The notes under the pieces were generated by a model. That model saw only the letters and a list, made by a program, of their open reading frames with translations, ran no database searches and was not told the DNA's origin. A stretch of 57,333 bases of DNA. Origin: Candidatus Omnitrophota bacterium. GTDB taxonomy: Bacteria; Omnitrophota; Gorgyraeia; Zapsychrales; Fredricksoniimonadaceae. Within the stretch, counting starts at the first letter, position 1. The number at the start of each line of letters is the position of its first letter. Where the stretch lies: assembly GCA_903861305.1 (NCBI GenBank), contig CAIOTT010000045.1, forward strand, positions 1 to 57,333, written 5' to 3'. Both the position numbers and the translations under genes were made by a program. This document shows positions 41,017 through 50,062 of this stretch, one piece after another.

Positions 41017-42228
41017 ATGCCAGAACCACTCAAAAACTACCATATTATAAGGAAGCAGCGGATCTTGTTATTCGTGACGCTTGCTTTCATAGGCCTTCTC
41101 ATTGTGGCCGCGCTCATGCACATCGGCGCCGGGGACGCGGAGTGGGCTGGCATGACGGTTTCCAAACCCACCCCAGCGCTCATGATGGAATTCAGCATTC
41201 CAAAAGATGAAGTGGGTGTTGTCGTGAACTGGTGTGAAGACCCGGCGTATATCGCGGGCGTTCGCGGCGGGGATCTGATCAAGGCCATCAATAACAAACC
41301 GGTCAAGAATTTGCAGGAATTTCTGGCAGTCACCAAGACCACGGATATGCGCCAGGGCGTGCTGCTGGATATCCTGCGCAGTGGCCAGCCATTGTATATC
41401 ACGATGGAATACAAGCCCGGGATCCATGACAAGCTCAAGCAGGCGCTCAATATGGATACCGGCGTCACAGGTAATGCGCATGCCGCTAATCCGGCTCTCG
41501 CTGATCCTGTTGTTCCACCTGCGGCTGCATTGTCCGCTCCGAGGGATCTGCAGGCGGGTGCACAGCAGGTAGCTTTTGCGAATCGTGCTCCGGCTGAAAC
41601 TACTGAGGCGGCAGCAGCTAATCCTGCGTTGCCAACGCGCGCGCCTACAGGGAAATTACCGACACCCAAAGAACAGGGCGCGGCCCAGAAAGAACTTATC
41701 GAAGGGCACTGGCTTGGACTTGAACTTATACCGCTGACACCCGAACTGGCCAAGGAATATAAAGTTCCCGCAGATACTAATGGGCTGCTTGTCGATGAAA
41801 TTTCACTCGAATCCGCCGAGTCAGGGATATTGGCGGGTGATCTGGTTGTCGCGGTGAATGGGTTCGCCACGCCAGATCTTGTGGCGTTTACCGAAGCCAC
41901 ACGCCGGGTGAAGAACAAACATAAGGCTGATGTGCTCGTGTCCCGCCGCGGACGTATCATGGAATTCACTTTTAATTCGGTCAGGACCCTGGGTTTTTCG
42001 CAGAATGAAGCGGCTCAGCCGATCACACCGGGTGCGTTAAGCCCCCATCGCAGCAGGAACAAACCTTGCACGGCGTGCCACATCATCATGGTCACTGGCG
42101 GGCAGTTGCCGACGGATGCGGGCGACATCCTGCCCAATCCGCCCCCGATCACCAAGGGCGCTGTGGCTCCCCATGAATATCGCGGCAAATGCAACACCTG
42201 CCATATCATGCTGAGGCCTGCTCTATGA
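41017..42228 (+). CDS. mamP: MamP-like protein: TM, two PDZ domains, two magnetochrome domains
   Basis: EGHWLGLEL PDZ signature; PITPGALSPH...CTACH and PPITKGAVAPH...CNTCH. Confidence 0.87.
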   Translation: MPEPLKNYHIIRKQRILLFVTLAFIGLLIVAALMHIGAGDAEWAGMTVSKPTPALMMEFSIPKDEVGVVVNWCEDPAYIAGVRGGDLIKAINNKPVKNLQEFLAVTKTTDMRQGVLLDILRSGQPLYITMEYKPGIHDKLKQALNMDTGVTGNAHAANPALADPVVPPAAALSAPRDLQAGAQQVAFANRAPAETTEAAAANPALPTRAPTGKLPTPKEQGAAQKELIEGHWLGLELIPLTPELAKEYKVPADTNGLLVDEISLESAESGILAGDLVVAVNGFATPDLVAFTEATRRVKNKHKADVLVSRRGRIMEFTFNSVRTLGFSQNEAAQPITPGALSPHRSRNKPCTACHIIMVTGGQLPTDAGDILPNPPPITKGAVAPHEYRGKCNTCHIMLRPAL

Positions 42229-42506
42229 AACTAATGACTGTAATTAAGATCATCCTTGGACTTTTGTTCATTGTTTTTTTTGGCATGTTTGTTTTCGAGA
42301 ACATTGATCCTGTCAGGATATGGATCCCTCTTTTTAAGGGCCGCCAGTGCGGGCTGATCTATATCATCCTGGTTTCATATATCATCGGTGTTTCGAACAT
42401 GTTCTGGTTCATGGTCCATTTTGGTTCAAAGATGAAGAGGAAGCAGAAGCTGACTGAATTGAAGGAGCAGGAGCAGGAGCAGGAGTTGTTCGAAGATGAA
42501 GGCTGA
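42225..42506 (+). CDS. mamL: MamL-like small membrane protein
   Basis: Start moved to ATG 42225 (overlaps mamP stop). Two TM segments with FENIDPV loop, basic KMKRKQK after TM2; directly before mamM. Confidence 0.65.
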   Translation: MKLMTVIKIILGLLFIVFFGMFVFENIDPVRIWIPLFKGRQCGLIYIILVSYIIGVSNMFWFMVHFGSKMKRKQKLTELKEQEQEQELFEDEG

Positions 42507-43386
42507 GCCAAAGGTGAAAAATCTCGCCAAATGCGAGTCCTGCGCGCGCAAAACCATTTTTGCCGGGATCCTGGCGAATATTTTTCTAGCCGCTTTCAAG
42601 CTTTTTGTCGGCTTCATGGGCCGCAGCCGCGCGTTGATCGGCAGTGGCTTGTGCAACCTTAGCGATGTCATTTCATCGATCGTGGTCATCATCGGCGTCA
42701 AGTATTCCAAAAAACCGGCCGATGGCCGTTATCCTTACGGATACGGCAAGGTTGAGTTCATCTGCCAGGTCGTGATGAGCGTCATCATGATCCTGGGTAC
42801 GGCCGCGCTGATCCTGAGTTCGTTCATTGTCATTGCCAAGCGTATTTTTGTCGTCCAGCACGTGGTCGTGTTCTTCGTGGCGATCCTCAGCGCCGTCATC
42901 AGCGCGTTCATTTACAAGTTCTCACACTGCGGCGGGGAAGAGCTGAACAGCCCTTCATTAAAAGCGCACGCTGAACACAACAAGATCGACGTTATTTCAT
43001 CGCTCCTGGTCGCCATCGGTGTGGTGGTGACGCACATGGGGTTGCACTGGGTCGACCCGGTCATTGCTATTTTTGAGTGCGCGCATGTCCTTCATGCCAG
43101 TGTCGGGATCCTCCAGAACGGCCTGCGCGGCATGGTCGACAGGAATTTGCCCGAAGATTATTTGAACAAGATAAAAACCCTTGTGCAGACAGTTAAAGGC
43201 GTCAGTGCCGTCAAGCACGTGAGGGCGCGCCAGACAGGCCGTCAGATCGTCCTTGATATCGCGATGCAGATGGACCCGGACATTACCGTTATGGAAGCGA
43301 AGCGGATCAACCAGTCGGTCCGCGCGTTCCTGCGCAGTGAAGATAAACATATAGGCCACATCTCTATTGTGGATGTTCCGGTATAA
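42496..43386 (+). CDS. mamM: Magnetosome CDF transporter MamM
   Basis: N-terminal CxxC, YPYGYGKVEF, NSP..KAHAEH...D, WVDPVIAIFE, RARQTG. Confidence 0.82.
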   Translation: MKAEPKVKNLAKCESCARKTIFAGILANIFLAAFKLFVGFMGRSRALIGSGLCNLSDVISSIVVIIGVKYSKKPADGRYPYGYGKVEFICQVVMSVIMILGTAALILSSFIVIAKRIFVVQHVVVFFVAILSAVISAFIYKFSHCGGEELNSPSLKAHAEHNKIDVISSLLVAIGVVVTHMGLHWVDPVIAIFECAHVLHASVGILQNGLRGMVDRNLPEDYLNKIKTLVQTVKGVSAVKHVRARQTGRQIVLDIAMQMDPDITVMEAKRINQSVRAFLRSEDKHIGHISIVDVPV

Positions 43387-43395
43387 GGTTAACAC

Positions 43396-44307
43396 ATGCA
43401 AGAAAAATGCGTCCGTTGCGGTAAAGTGGTCCCCTGGATCGTCCTTTTGGGCAATCTGACGCTGGCTATTTTTCAGATCTATGTCGGGTATGTCGCCAAG
43501 TCCAAGGGGTTGATCGCGGACGGGTTCCACTCCGGTACTGACGTTATCACAACGGTGATGGTCATTATCACCGTCAAGCTTTCCAGCCACAAGGATGACA
43601 AGAAATATCCCTGGGGACTGGGCAAGTCTGAATTTTTGGGCGCGGTATTCGCCTATATATTGCTCTTTGGTATTTCGCTCATGATCCTGATCGACGCGAT
43701 CGCTGTCATTTGCAGCGGCGTCATCCATCCGCCGCATATGGCCGCGTTCTTTGCCGCGGGTGTGGCTATCCTGGCCAATTACATCCTCTCGTCCTATGGC
43801 TTTTGCGTCGGAAGAAAATTGAATTCGCCGGCCATGATCGCCAATGCCCAGGAAAACCGTTCTGACATGCTCTCGAGCATTGCGGTGCTTTTGGGTGTTT
43901 TTGCAGCGAACATCGGATTTCCCATCCTTGACGCGCTGGCCGCTATCCTGGTCGGTTTGATGATCGGCAAGTCCGCGGTCACGCTGGGTATCCAGGCTTA
44001 CAGGAACCTGATCGATGAATCGCTGCCCGGGGAGAAGGAAAAGCTTATCGAAGAGGAAGTCATGCAGTACAGGGAGGTCAAGGGCGTCAATTACGTCCAT
44101 GCCCGCCGTGTCGGCCAGCAGGCGTGGATCGACATGGAAGTCATTATCGACGCCAAAAGAACGGTCAAAGAAGGCCACGCCATCACGCGTGAGATCCGCC
44201 AGGCGCTGATGCGCCGTTTCGCCCAGATCAAGGAAGTGACCATCTCATTCACGTGCAAAGAGAACACAGTCGTTAAACCGGCGGCAGTGCCAGCCGTTAA
44301 GAAATAG
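43396..44307 (+). CDS. mamB: Magnetosome CDF transporter MamB
   Basis: N-terminal CxxC, ADGFHSGTD, CVG...NSPAMIANAQENRSD, GFPILD. Confidence 0.87.
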   Translation: MQEKCVRCGKVVPWIVLLGNLTLAIFQIYVGYVAKSKGLIADGFHSGTDVITTVMVIITVKLSSHKDDKKYPWGLGKSEFLGAVFAYILLFGISLMILIDAIAVICSGVIHPPHMAAFFAAGVAILANYILSSYGFCVGRKLNSPAMIANAQENRSDMLSSIAVLLGVFAANIGFPILDALAAILVGLMIGKSAVTLGIQAYRNLIDESLPGEKEKLIEEEVMQYREVKGVNYVHARRVGQQAWIDMEVIIDAKRTVKEGHAITREIRQALMRRFAQIKEVTISFTCKENTVVKPAAVPAVKK

Positions 44308-44342
44308 ATCGTACAGGGCAATCAATAAACGCAGGAGAGAAT

Positions 44343-45203
44343 ATGGAAGAGCTCAAAAAACACAAGATCCACGCTGACATAGACGAGAAAAAGCTTCATC
44401 ACGCCGCGGTTGAAGAAGCGCCCGCCGCGGATGATGCGGATACCGATACCGACGATGCTGAAGAAACCGAAACGGTCGTCGTCAAGAAAGTCAAAAAACA
44501 TACCCGTTCCCGCAAGGTCGTTGAAGAAGAGAACGTTAAAACAGGCCCTTCGATCAACGAGAAGCTGAAGATCGCGGCGCATGTGTCGATGTCAACGGCC
44601 GAGCGCATCATCGGCGGTCTCACCAATGCCTATCAAAGCGTGTTCGTCGCACCTGAGGCGACCAAGGAGAATTTTCTCAAGGAACAGGGCTACAAATTCT
44701 TCCAGAAGGGTGATTTTGAGAAGGCCCGTGACAGTTTTCTCGAATACCTTGATACCGGTAAAGACCAGGACGCCGACCTTCTCTATATGATCGGTGTTTG
44801 CCACAAGAATCTCGACGAGTTCAAGGAGGCCCTGGAGTATCTGCGCAAAGCCGAAAAACTCGAGGCTGAAGACCCGAACATCATCACCGAGATCGGGGAC
44901 TGCCTCCTGACGCTCGAAGAATACCCCGAAGCCATCAGTTATCTGCTGAAGGCCGCGGATATCCATCCGGACCATGCCGATATTTATTACCATCTGGGCA
45001 CCTGCCACGAGAAGACCGAGCAGGTTGAAGAGGCCAAGAAATTCTACAAGAAAGCGATCGACCTGGAGCCGCGCGAGGCTGTGTATTATCAGGCGCTCGG
45101 ATTTTTGTATGAGAGCACCGGCAATCACAAGGACGCCATCGTCTGTTTCAAAAAAGCCATGGACATGGAAAAAGGTAAAAAACGGGGGGGGTCTAAACAA
45201 TGA
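44343..45203 (+). CDS. mamA: TPR scaffold protein MamA with acidic N-terminal extension
   Basis: About 5 TPR units; position between mamB and mamQ. Confidence 0.8.
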   Translation: MEELKKHKIHADIDEKKLHHAAVEEAPAADDADTDTDDAEETETVVVKKVKKHTRSRKVVEEENVKTGPSINEKLKIAAHVSMSTAERIIGGLTNAYQSVFVAPEATKENFLKEQGYKFFQKGDFEKARDSFLEYLDTGKDQDADLLYMIGVCHKNLDEFKEALEYLRKAEKLEAEDPNIITEIGDCLLTLEEYPEAISYLLKAADIHPDHADIYYHLGTCHEKTEQVEEAKKFYKKAIDLEPREAVYYQALGFLYESTGNHKDAIVCFKKAMDMEKGKKRGGSKQ

Positions 45204-45994
45204 GTTTGATATCAGACTCCGTCAAGAAACTTTTCCCCAGCGAGCTCGGCGAGCTAAGGCCTGTCGGGAAACACTGGTGGGAGAAGATCGACTTTTCGAA
45301 CCTTGAAAGCCGGGAAGGCCTGCTGATCGGGATATTTGCAGCGGTGCTCGTATTATCGGGGATCTATTACTATAACAGGTTCGTGGACCTGTCACGGTTC
45401 ACGGAAATGGAACAGCACCAGATCGAGGTGCAGATGCAGCGCAAGCGCAACCTCGCCATCAACCTGGCCAAGATGGTCATCGCGTACGCCGAGCACGAGA
45501 GGATGATGTTCCAGTACATGGCGGACAAACGCGCGGACACGCTCAACAAGTCGGATGTGATCATGGCCGCGCTCAAGCAGGGCGGGCTTGCGGACCTGGC
45601 CAACATCAAGCCGGAACACGTTGAAGGCGCGCTTTCAAAATTCATGGCCATTGCCGAGGCGTATCCTGACCTTAAACTGAGCCAGAATTTCCAGAAGCTG
45701 ATGGACGCGCTGATCGTCAGCGAAGACCGTATTGCGGCCAGCCGCATGGAATACAACAAGGCGGCGAGCGTTTTCCATACCGCTGTGCGTAATTTTCCCG
45801 GCTGTATCTATGCCTTCGTTTTCGGTTATAAGGAGAAGATGTTCCATTACGCGCAGGTCGATGAAGATGTCATGAACCCCAAGGTCGTACCTTACCGGGT
45901 TTTAGGTAATCCGGATGATATTCAGTACCAGGACCCAAAGCCTACAGTTTCAGCATCCCCGGCGCAAGTCAATGCGTTAAACGCTGGTAAATAA
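45200..45994 (+). CDS. mamQ: LemA-family magnetosome protein MamQ
   Basis: TM then YYYN, QRKRNL, AEAYPDLK.SQNF..LM, EDRIA..R.EYN, FPG. Confidence 0.88.
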   Translation: MSLISDSVKKLFPSELGELRPVGKHWWEKIDFSNLESREGLLIGIFAAVLVLSGIYYYNRFVDLSRFTEMEQHQIEVQMQRKRNLAINLAKMVIAYAEHERMMFQYMADKRADTLNKSDVIMAALKQGGLADLANIKPEHVEGALSKFMAIAEAYPDLKLSQNFQKLMDALIVSEDRIAASRMEYNKAASVFHTAVRNFPGCIYAFVFGYKEKMFHYAQVDEDVMNPKVVPYRVLGNPDDIQYQDPKPTVSASPAQVNALNAGK

Positions 45995-46004
45995 GGATTA
46001 CATC

Positions 46005-47807
46005 ATGGCGTTGAATATTCAGAAATCGTTCCAGGAAGAAGGCTTGAAGCACTTCAAGAGCTTCCCGTTCATGGAGGCGGCCATTGCGCTGGTGGTGATC
46101 ATCGTGCTGGCGGCGCTCTTCATTGATTCGCGCAATATGCCTACGCACACGGCGCCGCGCCTGGCGCAGTCCGGCGGGACCAATGCGATCGAATTTGACG
46201 GCATTACGGTCAATCCTGTCATCGCGAAGGACTTTAACCTGCCGCAGGTGGCCGGGGTCCTGGTCAACGATGTCCCCAAAGGTTCCGCGCGCCGTATTTT
46301 CGATATCCGCCGCGGTGACGTTATCCTTAAATACAACGCTGTCGATGTCCAGTCCGCCAGCCATTTGTCATACCTGATGTCCCAGAGCAAGCCCGGTGAC
46401 AAGGTCAGTTTCATCATCGCACGTAACGGGCAGAACCTGACCATGTCGGACCGTATCCCGGTGAACGCCGGTGTCGACCTTTTTGGGCCCAGCGGGCGCA
46501 ATATCCTGGTCGTTCTGGTCATTGTCGCGATAACGTTCACGATGCTGTTCCTGAATCTATTCAACCGTACGGTGTGTGTGACGCTTGGCGCGGTGCTGAT
46601 GTTGCTGGCGGGTACCGCATTCGGTTTTTATAACCAGTCGGAGGCATTTGACGCTATCCGCATGAGCCCGATCTTTATTTTTATGGGCATGAGCATTTTT
46701 GCCATTTTTCTTGATGACCTGCGATTCTTTGAGTATGTGTCCAAACGGATCATTGTCACCTTGAAGGCAGACACGATCAAGGTCATCTTCGCGTTGTGTA
46801 TCATGACGTTCATTGCTTCGGCGCTGGTCAACAACATGTCGGTCATTTTGGTCATCATCCCCATCACGATCTACGCGTCCAAGGGGATGGGGTTTGAGCC
46901 CATTCCCGTTGTGATCGCCGAGATCATTGCGTCCGTCATGGGCGGGAACATGACGCCGATCGGTGATTTTTCTAATATGCTGATGGCTTCGAGCGCGGGG
47001 CTGACATTCCTGGATTTTTTGATCGTCATGGGGCCGATATGCTGTCTTTTTCTGGCAGGGTTCCTATGGTACCTCTGGTTCTTTGAATTGAGGCATGAGG
47101 CCAGGCCAAGTTCGGCCAAGCTCCAGAAAGCTTTCCTTCAGAAGATGGAGCAGGATATCAAGACGATGAAAATGGACTGGCCGAGGATCAAGCGGGTGCT
47201 TTATATTTTGGGCGCGGTGCTTCTGGCGTTCATGATATTGCCGTTCTTCAAGGTGCATTTGGCGCCGATCGCTTTAGGCGGCGGGTTCCTTTTGCTGGCT
47301 ATCGAGAACCATAAGGCGAAAGATGTCATCAAGCGCATCAGCCTGACCGACATGCTGTTCTTTATCGCGCTCTTCCTGATCGTTGGCGGCGCGCTTTATT
47401 CGGGCCTGCTGAAGGTGGTGTCCAATGCGCTTATTGCGATGGCCATGGGCGACAAGATCCTTTATCCCATCCTTCTGATGCTGACCATGGCGGTTTTTAC
47501 GGCCGTGATGAACGCAGGGCCTGCTATGGCCTTCCTTGTTCCCATTGTCATGCATTCCGGGTTCGCGGATTTTACGGACGTCGTGTGGTGGGCGCTCAAC
47601 CTGGGCTCGATCGCCGGGGCGTGCGCGTGCATTTCCGGGGCCAGTGCCGGCATTATTTCGCAAACATTGATGGAAGAGCTGGGCAATGACCTTAAACATA
47701 AGGAAGGGTTGACCTTTGTCAGTTACGCGCGGCGCGGCTTGCCCGTTGCCGGCATGATCCTTCTTGTTTCGACGGTATATATTATTTTCTTAAGCATCAT
47801 CCCCTGA
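46005..47807 (+). CDS. mamN: MamN-like ArsB/NhaD (SLC13-like) permease with N-terminal TM+PDZ extension
   Basis: PDZ (GVLVNDV...IRRGDVILKYN); permease motifs SALVNN, GGNMTPIGDFSN, LFFIALFLIVGG, GASA. Confidence 0.7.
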   Translation: MALNIQKSFQEEGLKHFKSFPFMEAAIALVVIIVLAALFIDSRNMPTHTAPRLAQSGGTNAIEFDGITVNPVIAKDFNLPQVAGVLVNDVPKGSARRIFDIRRGDVILKYNAVDVQSASHLSYLMSQSKPGDKVSFIIARNGQNLTMSDRIPVNAGVDLFGPSGRNILVVLVIVAITFTMLFLNLFNRTVCVTLGAVLMLLAGTAFGFYNQSEAFDAIRMSPIFIFMGMSIFAIFLDDLRFFEYVSKRIIVTLKADTIKVIFALCIMTFIASALVNNMSVILVIIPITIYASKGMGFEPIPVVIAEIIASVMGGNMTPIGDFSNMLMASSAGLTFLDFLIVMGPICCLFLAGFLWYLWFFELRHEARPSSAKLQKAFLQKMEQDIKTMKMDWPRIKRVLYILGAVLLAFMILPFFKVHLAPIALGGGFLLLAIENHKAKDVIKRISLTDMLFFIALFLIVGGALYSGLLKVVSNALIAMAMGDKILYPILLMLTMAVFTAVMNAGPAMAFLVPIVMHSGFADFTDVVWWALNLGSIAGACACISGASAGIISQTLMEELGNDLKHKEGLTFVSYARRGLPVAGMILLVSTVYIIFLSIIP

Positions 47808-47821
47808 GGAGCCTGAAAAGA

Positions 47822-48838
47822 ATGTCAGACACGAAAGAAGTTACGTACGATTGGTGGAGTTACGCGAAAATAGGCGGGCTCATCCTGTTGATCATCATCG
47901 GGCTCGTGGCCATGTTCACGCCCTCGAAAACGCCTGTTTCGCAATCGTTGTCGACCATGCAGGCCGCGTTGCAGGGTGGTGTTGTGCCGCAAGGACCAGG
48001 GGCCGCGGCTGATCTTCCGGCATGGTGGATCCTTCTTTTCACAGGCTTTGCCATTGGTTGCTATGGCACCATCGTAGGTATTGGCGGCGGGCCGATCATC
48101 CTGCCGTTGCTGGTTTTTTTCTATGGGTGGGAGAATGAGCTCCTTGTGGCCACATCGCTTTTCATTGTTTTTCTGAACGCCGGTTCCGGATGCCTGGGTT
48201 ATTCGATGCAAAAACGGATCGACTACAAGGGCGGTATCAAGTTCACCCTCGCGGCCATGCCGGGCGCGTTGATCTCGAGCTTCACACACCATTTGATCAA
48301 CCTGACGTTCTTCAATGTCATTTTCGGGATATTCCTGATCTTCCTGGCGTTTTATACCATTTTCAGCATCAACAACCTTGACAAGTCAGCCGAGCAGGAA
48401 AAAGTGCTCCTCAAAGAGGCCAAGGCCGGCGGTTTCCGCCGTGTCAGGTTCATGGATAATTTCGGCGTCAAGTATGACTTCTATTCCAACGACAAGTTGG
48501 GTGTGGCCATGAACCTTCTGCTGGGCTTCTTCTGCGGATTCCTGGGAATTGGCGGCGGCGTGTTCCAGGTCCCGATCCTTATTTTTTTATTGCGCTATCC
48601 GTCACATATTGCGACGGCAACAAGCCATTTTGTTACGCTGCTGACGTGCGCGATCGCCTTAATGCCGCATATATTCCTCGGCAATGTCTGTTATGCCGAG
48701 GCCATCTGGATGGGGGTTGGGGTCATCGTGGGAGCTCAAGTGGGGGCGCGGATCGCGCCGAAGCTGAATACAAAAGTCACGCTATATCTGTTCGTGGTCA
48801 TTTTGATCGTCCTGGCGATAAAGTTATTTTTGGTATAG
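47822..48838 (+). CDS. mamO: TauE/SafE family protein (MamO C-terminal-type)
   Basis: GIGGG twice, ATSL/ATATSH, GAQVGA; no protease domain; cluster context. Confidence 0.72.
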   Translation: MSDTKEVTYDWWSYAKIGGLILLIIIGLVAMFTPSKTPVSQSLSTMQAALQGGVVPQGPGAAADLPAWWILLFTGFAIGCYGTIVGIGGGPIILPLLVFFYGWENELLVATSLFIVFLNAGSGCLGYSMQKRIDYKGGIKFTLAAMPGALISSFTHHLINLTFFNVIFGIFLIFLAFYTIFSINNLDKSAEQEKVLLKEAKAGGFRRVRFMDNFGVKYDFYSNDKLGVAMNLLLGFFCGFLGIGGGVFQVPILIFLLRYPSHIATATSHFVTLLTCAIALMPHIFLGNVCYAEAIWMGVGVIVGAQVGARIAPKLNTKVTLYLFVVILIVLAIKLFLV

Positions 48839-48895
48839 GGCCCGAACGAATAATATATAACTTGCGGTAACAGAATTGAGACCGGGGGGTGCAAC

Positions 48896-49072
48896 ATGGA
48901 ATTTTCACTGGCATTCGTAGCTGTTCTTGTCCTTGAGATCGTGGCCATTGTGGATGTGTTACGCAGTTCTCTATCGGGCACAAAGAAACTGCTCTGGGCT
49001 GCCCTTATCATCATTGTCCCTGTGGTCGGATTTATTCTATATTTTCTGTTAGGCCGTCCTGAAAAACTGTAA
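48896..49072 (+). CDS. PLDc_N-like two-TM microprotein (58 aa; not in ORF track)
   Basis: MEFSLAFVAVLVLEIVAIVDVLRSSLSGTKKLLWAALIIIVPVVGFILYFLLGRPEKL; G-rich SD. Confidence 0.75.
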   Translation: MEFSLAFVAVLVLEIVAIVDVLRSSLSGTKKLLWAALIIIVPVVGFILYFLLGRPEKL

Positions 49073-49083
49073 AGCGAGGCGTC

Positions 49084-49659
49084 ATGAAGAGAGAAACGCT
49101 TATCACCCTGAGCGCGATAATATTTTTTATCATGATCCTGATCGCGCTGTTCACAAATAGCAGTGTTCAGGATGCGTCGCTTGACACGCTCCATGAGATC
49201 AAAACAGCTGATGCATGGAAACAGCAGGCCGCGCTCGTACCGGGTGTCAATTGCCCTGTGCCGCAGCAGGGGGGTGCTCAGGGTTATTATCCCTATCAGC
49301 AAGGCCAGGGGATGCAGCAGGTCGCGGCTCCCGTTATTGCCCAGGGGCAGGCTGCGCCTGAGTTGATCAAATACATGGGCACTGAGGTCATTGAGGTCGG
49401 TGGCGGTAAGGTCAAGATCACGGGGGTCATGGGTAATTCCTGGGCCGCAAAATCGGGCCTGGAGGCCGGTGATATCCTTTTGTCGTTCGATACGCAGCCG
49501 ATCACCAGCCTGGCCCAGTTCAAAGATCAATTGGCCAAGGTGCCGCCTGAAAAAGATTACAAGATCACGTATTTACGCGGCGCACGGAAGAAAAAGGGCA
49601 TCATTTTTATCGGTGAAGGTGAAATGGAAGGCTTTTTGCCGATCCCGCAGGCGAAGTAG
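49084..49659 (+). CDS. Membrane-anchored PDZ protein (MamP/MamE-like PDZ, no heme motif)
   Basis: TM segment, Q/G-rich linker, KITGVMGNSWAAKSGLEAGDILL, C-terminal GEGEMEGF. Confidence 0.75.
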   Translation: MKRETLITLSAIIFFIMILIALFTNSSVQDASLDTLHEIKTADAWKQQAALVPGVNCPVPQQGGAQGYYPYQQGQGMQQVAAPVIAQGQAAPELIKYMGTEVIEVGGGKVKITGVMGNSWAAKSGLEAGDILLSFDTQPITSLAQFKDQLAKVPPEKDYKITYLRGARKKKGIIFIGEGEMEGFLPIPQAK

Positions 49660-49712
49660 AAGATTTCTTAAAAAAGACTTTTGAAAACGCCCCGGCAAGA
49701 TATGATGATGGC

Positions 49713-50048
49713 ATGTTCAAGCAAAAACTGGCTTCATTTTTGACCGAGGCTGCGCGCGAGGGTATCAGTAAGCTCGATAAAGATTCGCCGGCAGCCCGGG
49801 AACTTGGTACCCTTGATGTGGATGTCGTCCTTAAGGAAGATATTCATCAGATCTGTGAAGCGATCACTTTTCCCGAGATCATGAGGGTCCTTTCTCTCGG
49901 GGCGACGATCAAACTTGGCTCGGGAGATACGCAGCGCGCCAAGGACGATATCAAGAAGATGGCCCTGGTCATTGAGGACAGGATCACGCAGAGGCAGGGG
50001 AAGTTAAGGCTTCCTTCATCATGCCGTGATCTGTTATTTAATCTATAA
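49713..50048 (+). CDS. Hypothetical protein
   Basis: 111-aa co-oriented ORF; no motif recognised. Confidence 0.65.
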   Translation: MFKQKLASFLTEAAREGISKLDKDSPAARELGTLDVDVVLKEDIHQICEAITFPEIMRVLSLGATIKLGSGDTQRAKDDIKKMALVIEDRITQRQGKLRLPSSCRDLLFNL

Positions 50049-50062
50049 GAGGAAGGCGTTAG

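Noticed and set aside
45184-45191. G8 tract near the mamA end as a route to a MamA-MamQ fusion
   Set aside because: The mamQ frame has TAA at 45194-45196 before its ATG, so slippage gives no fusion.
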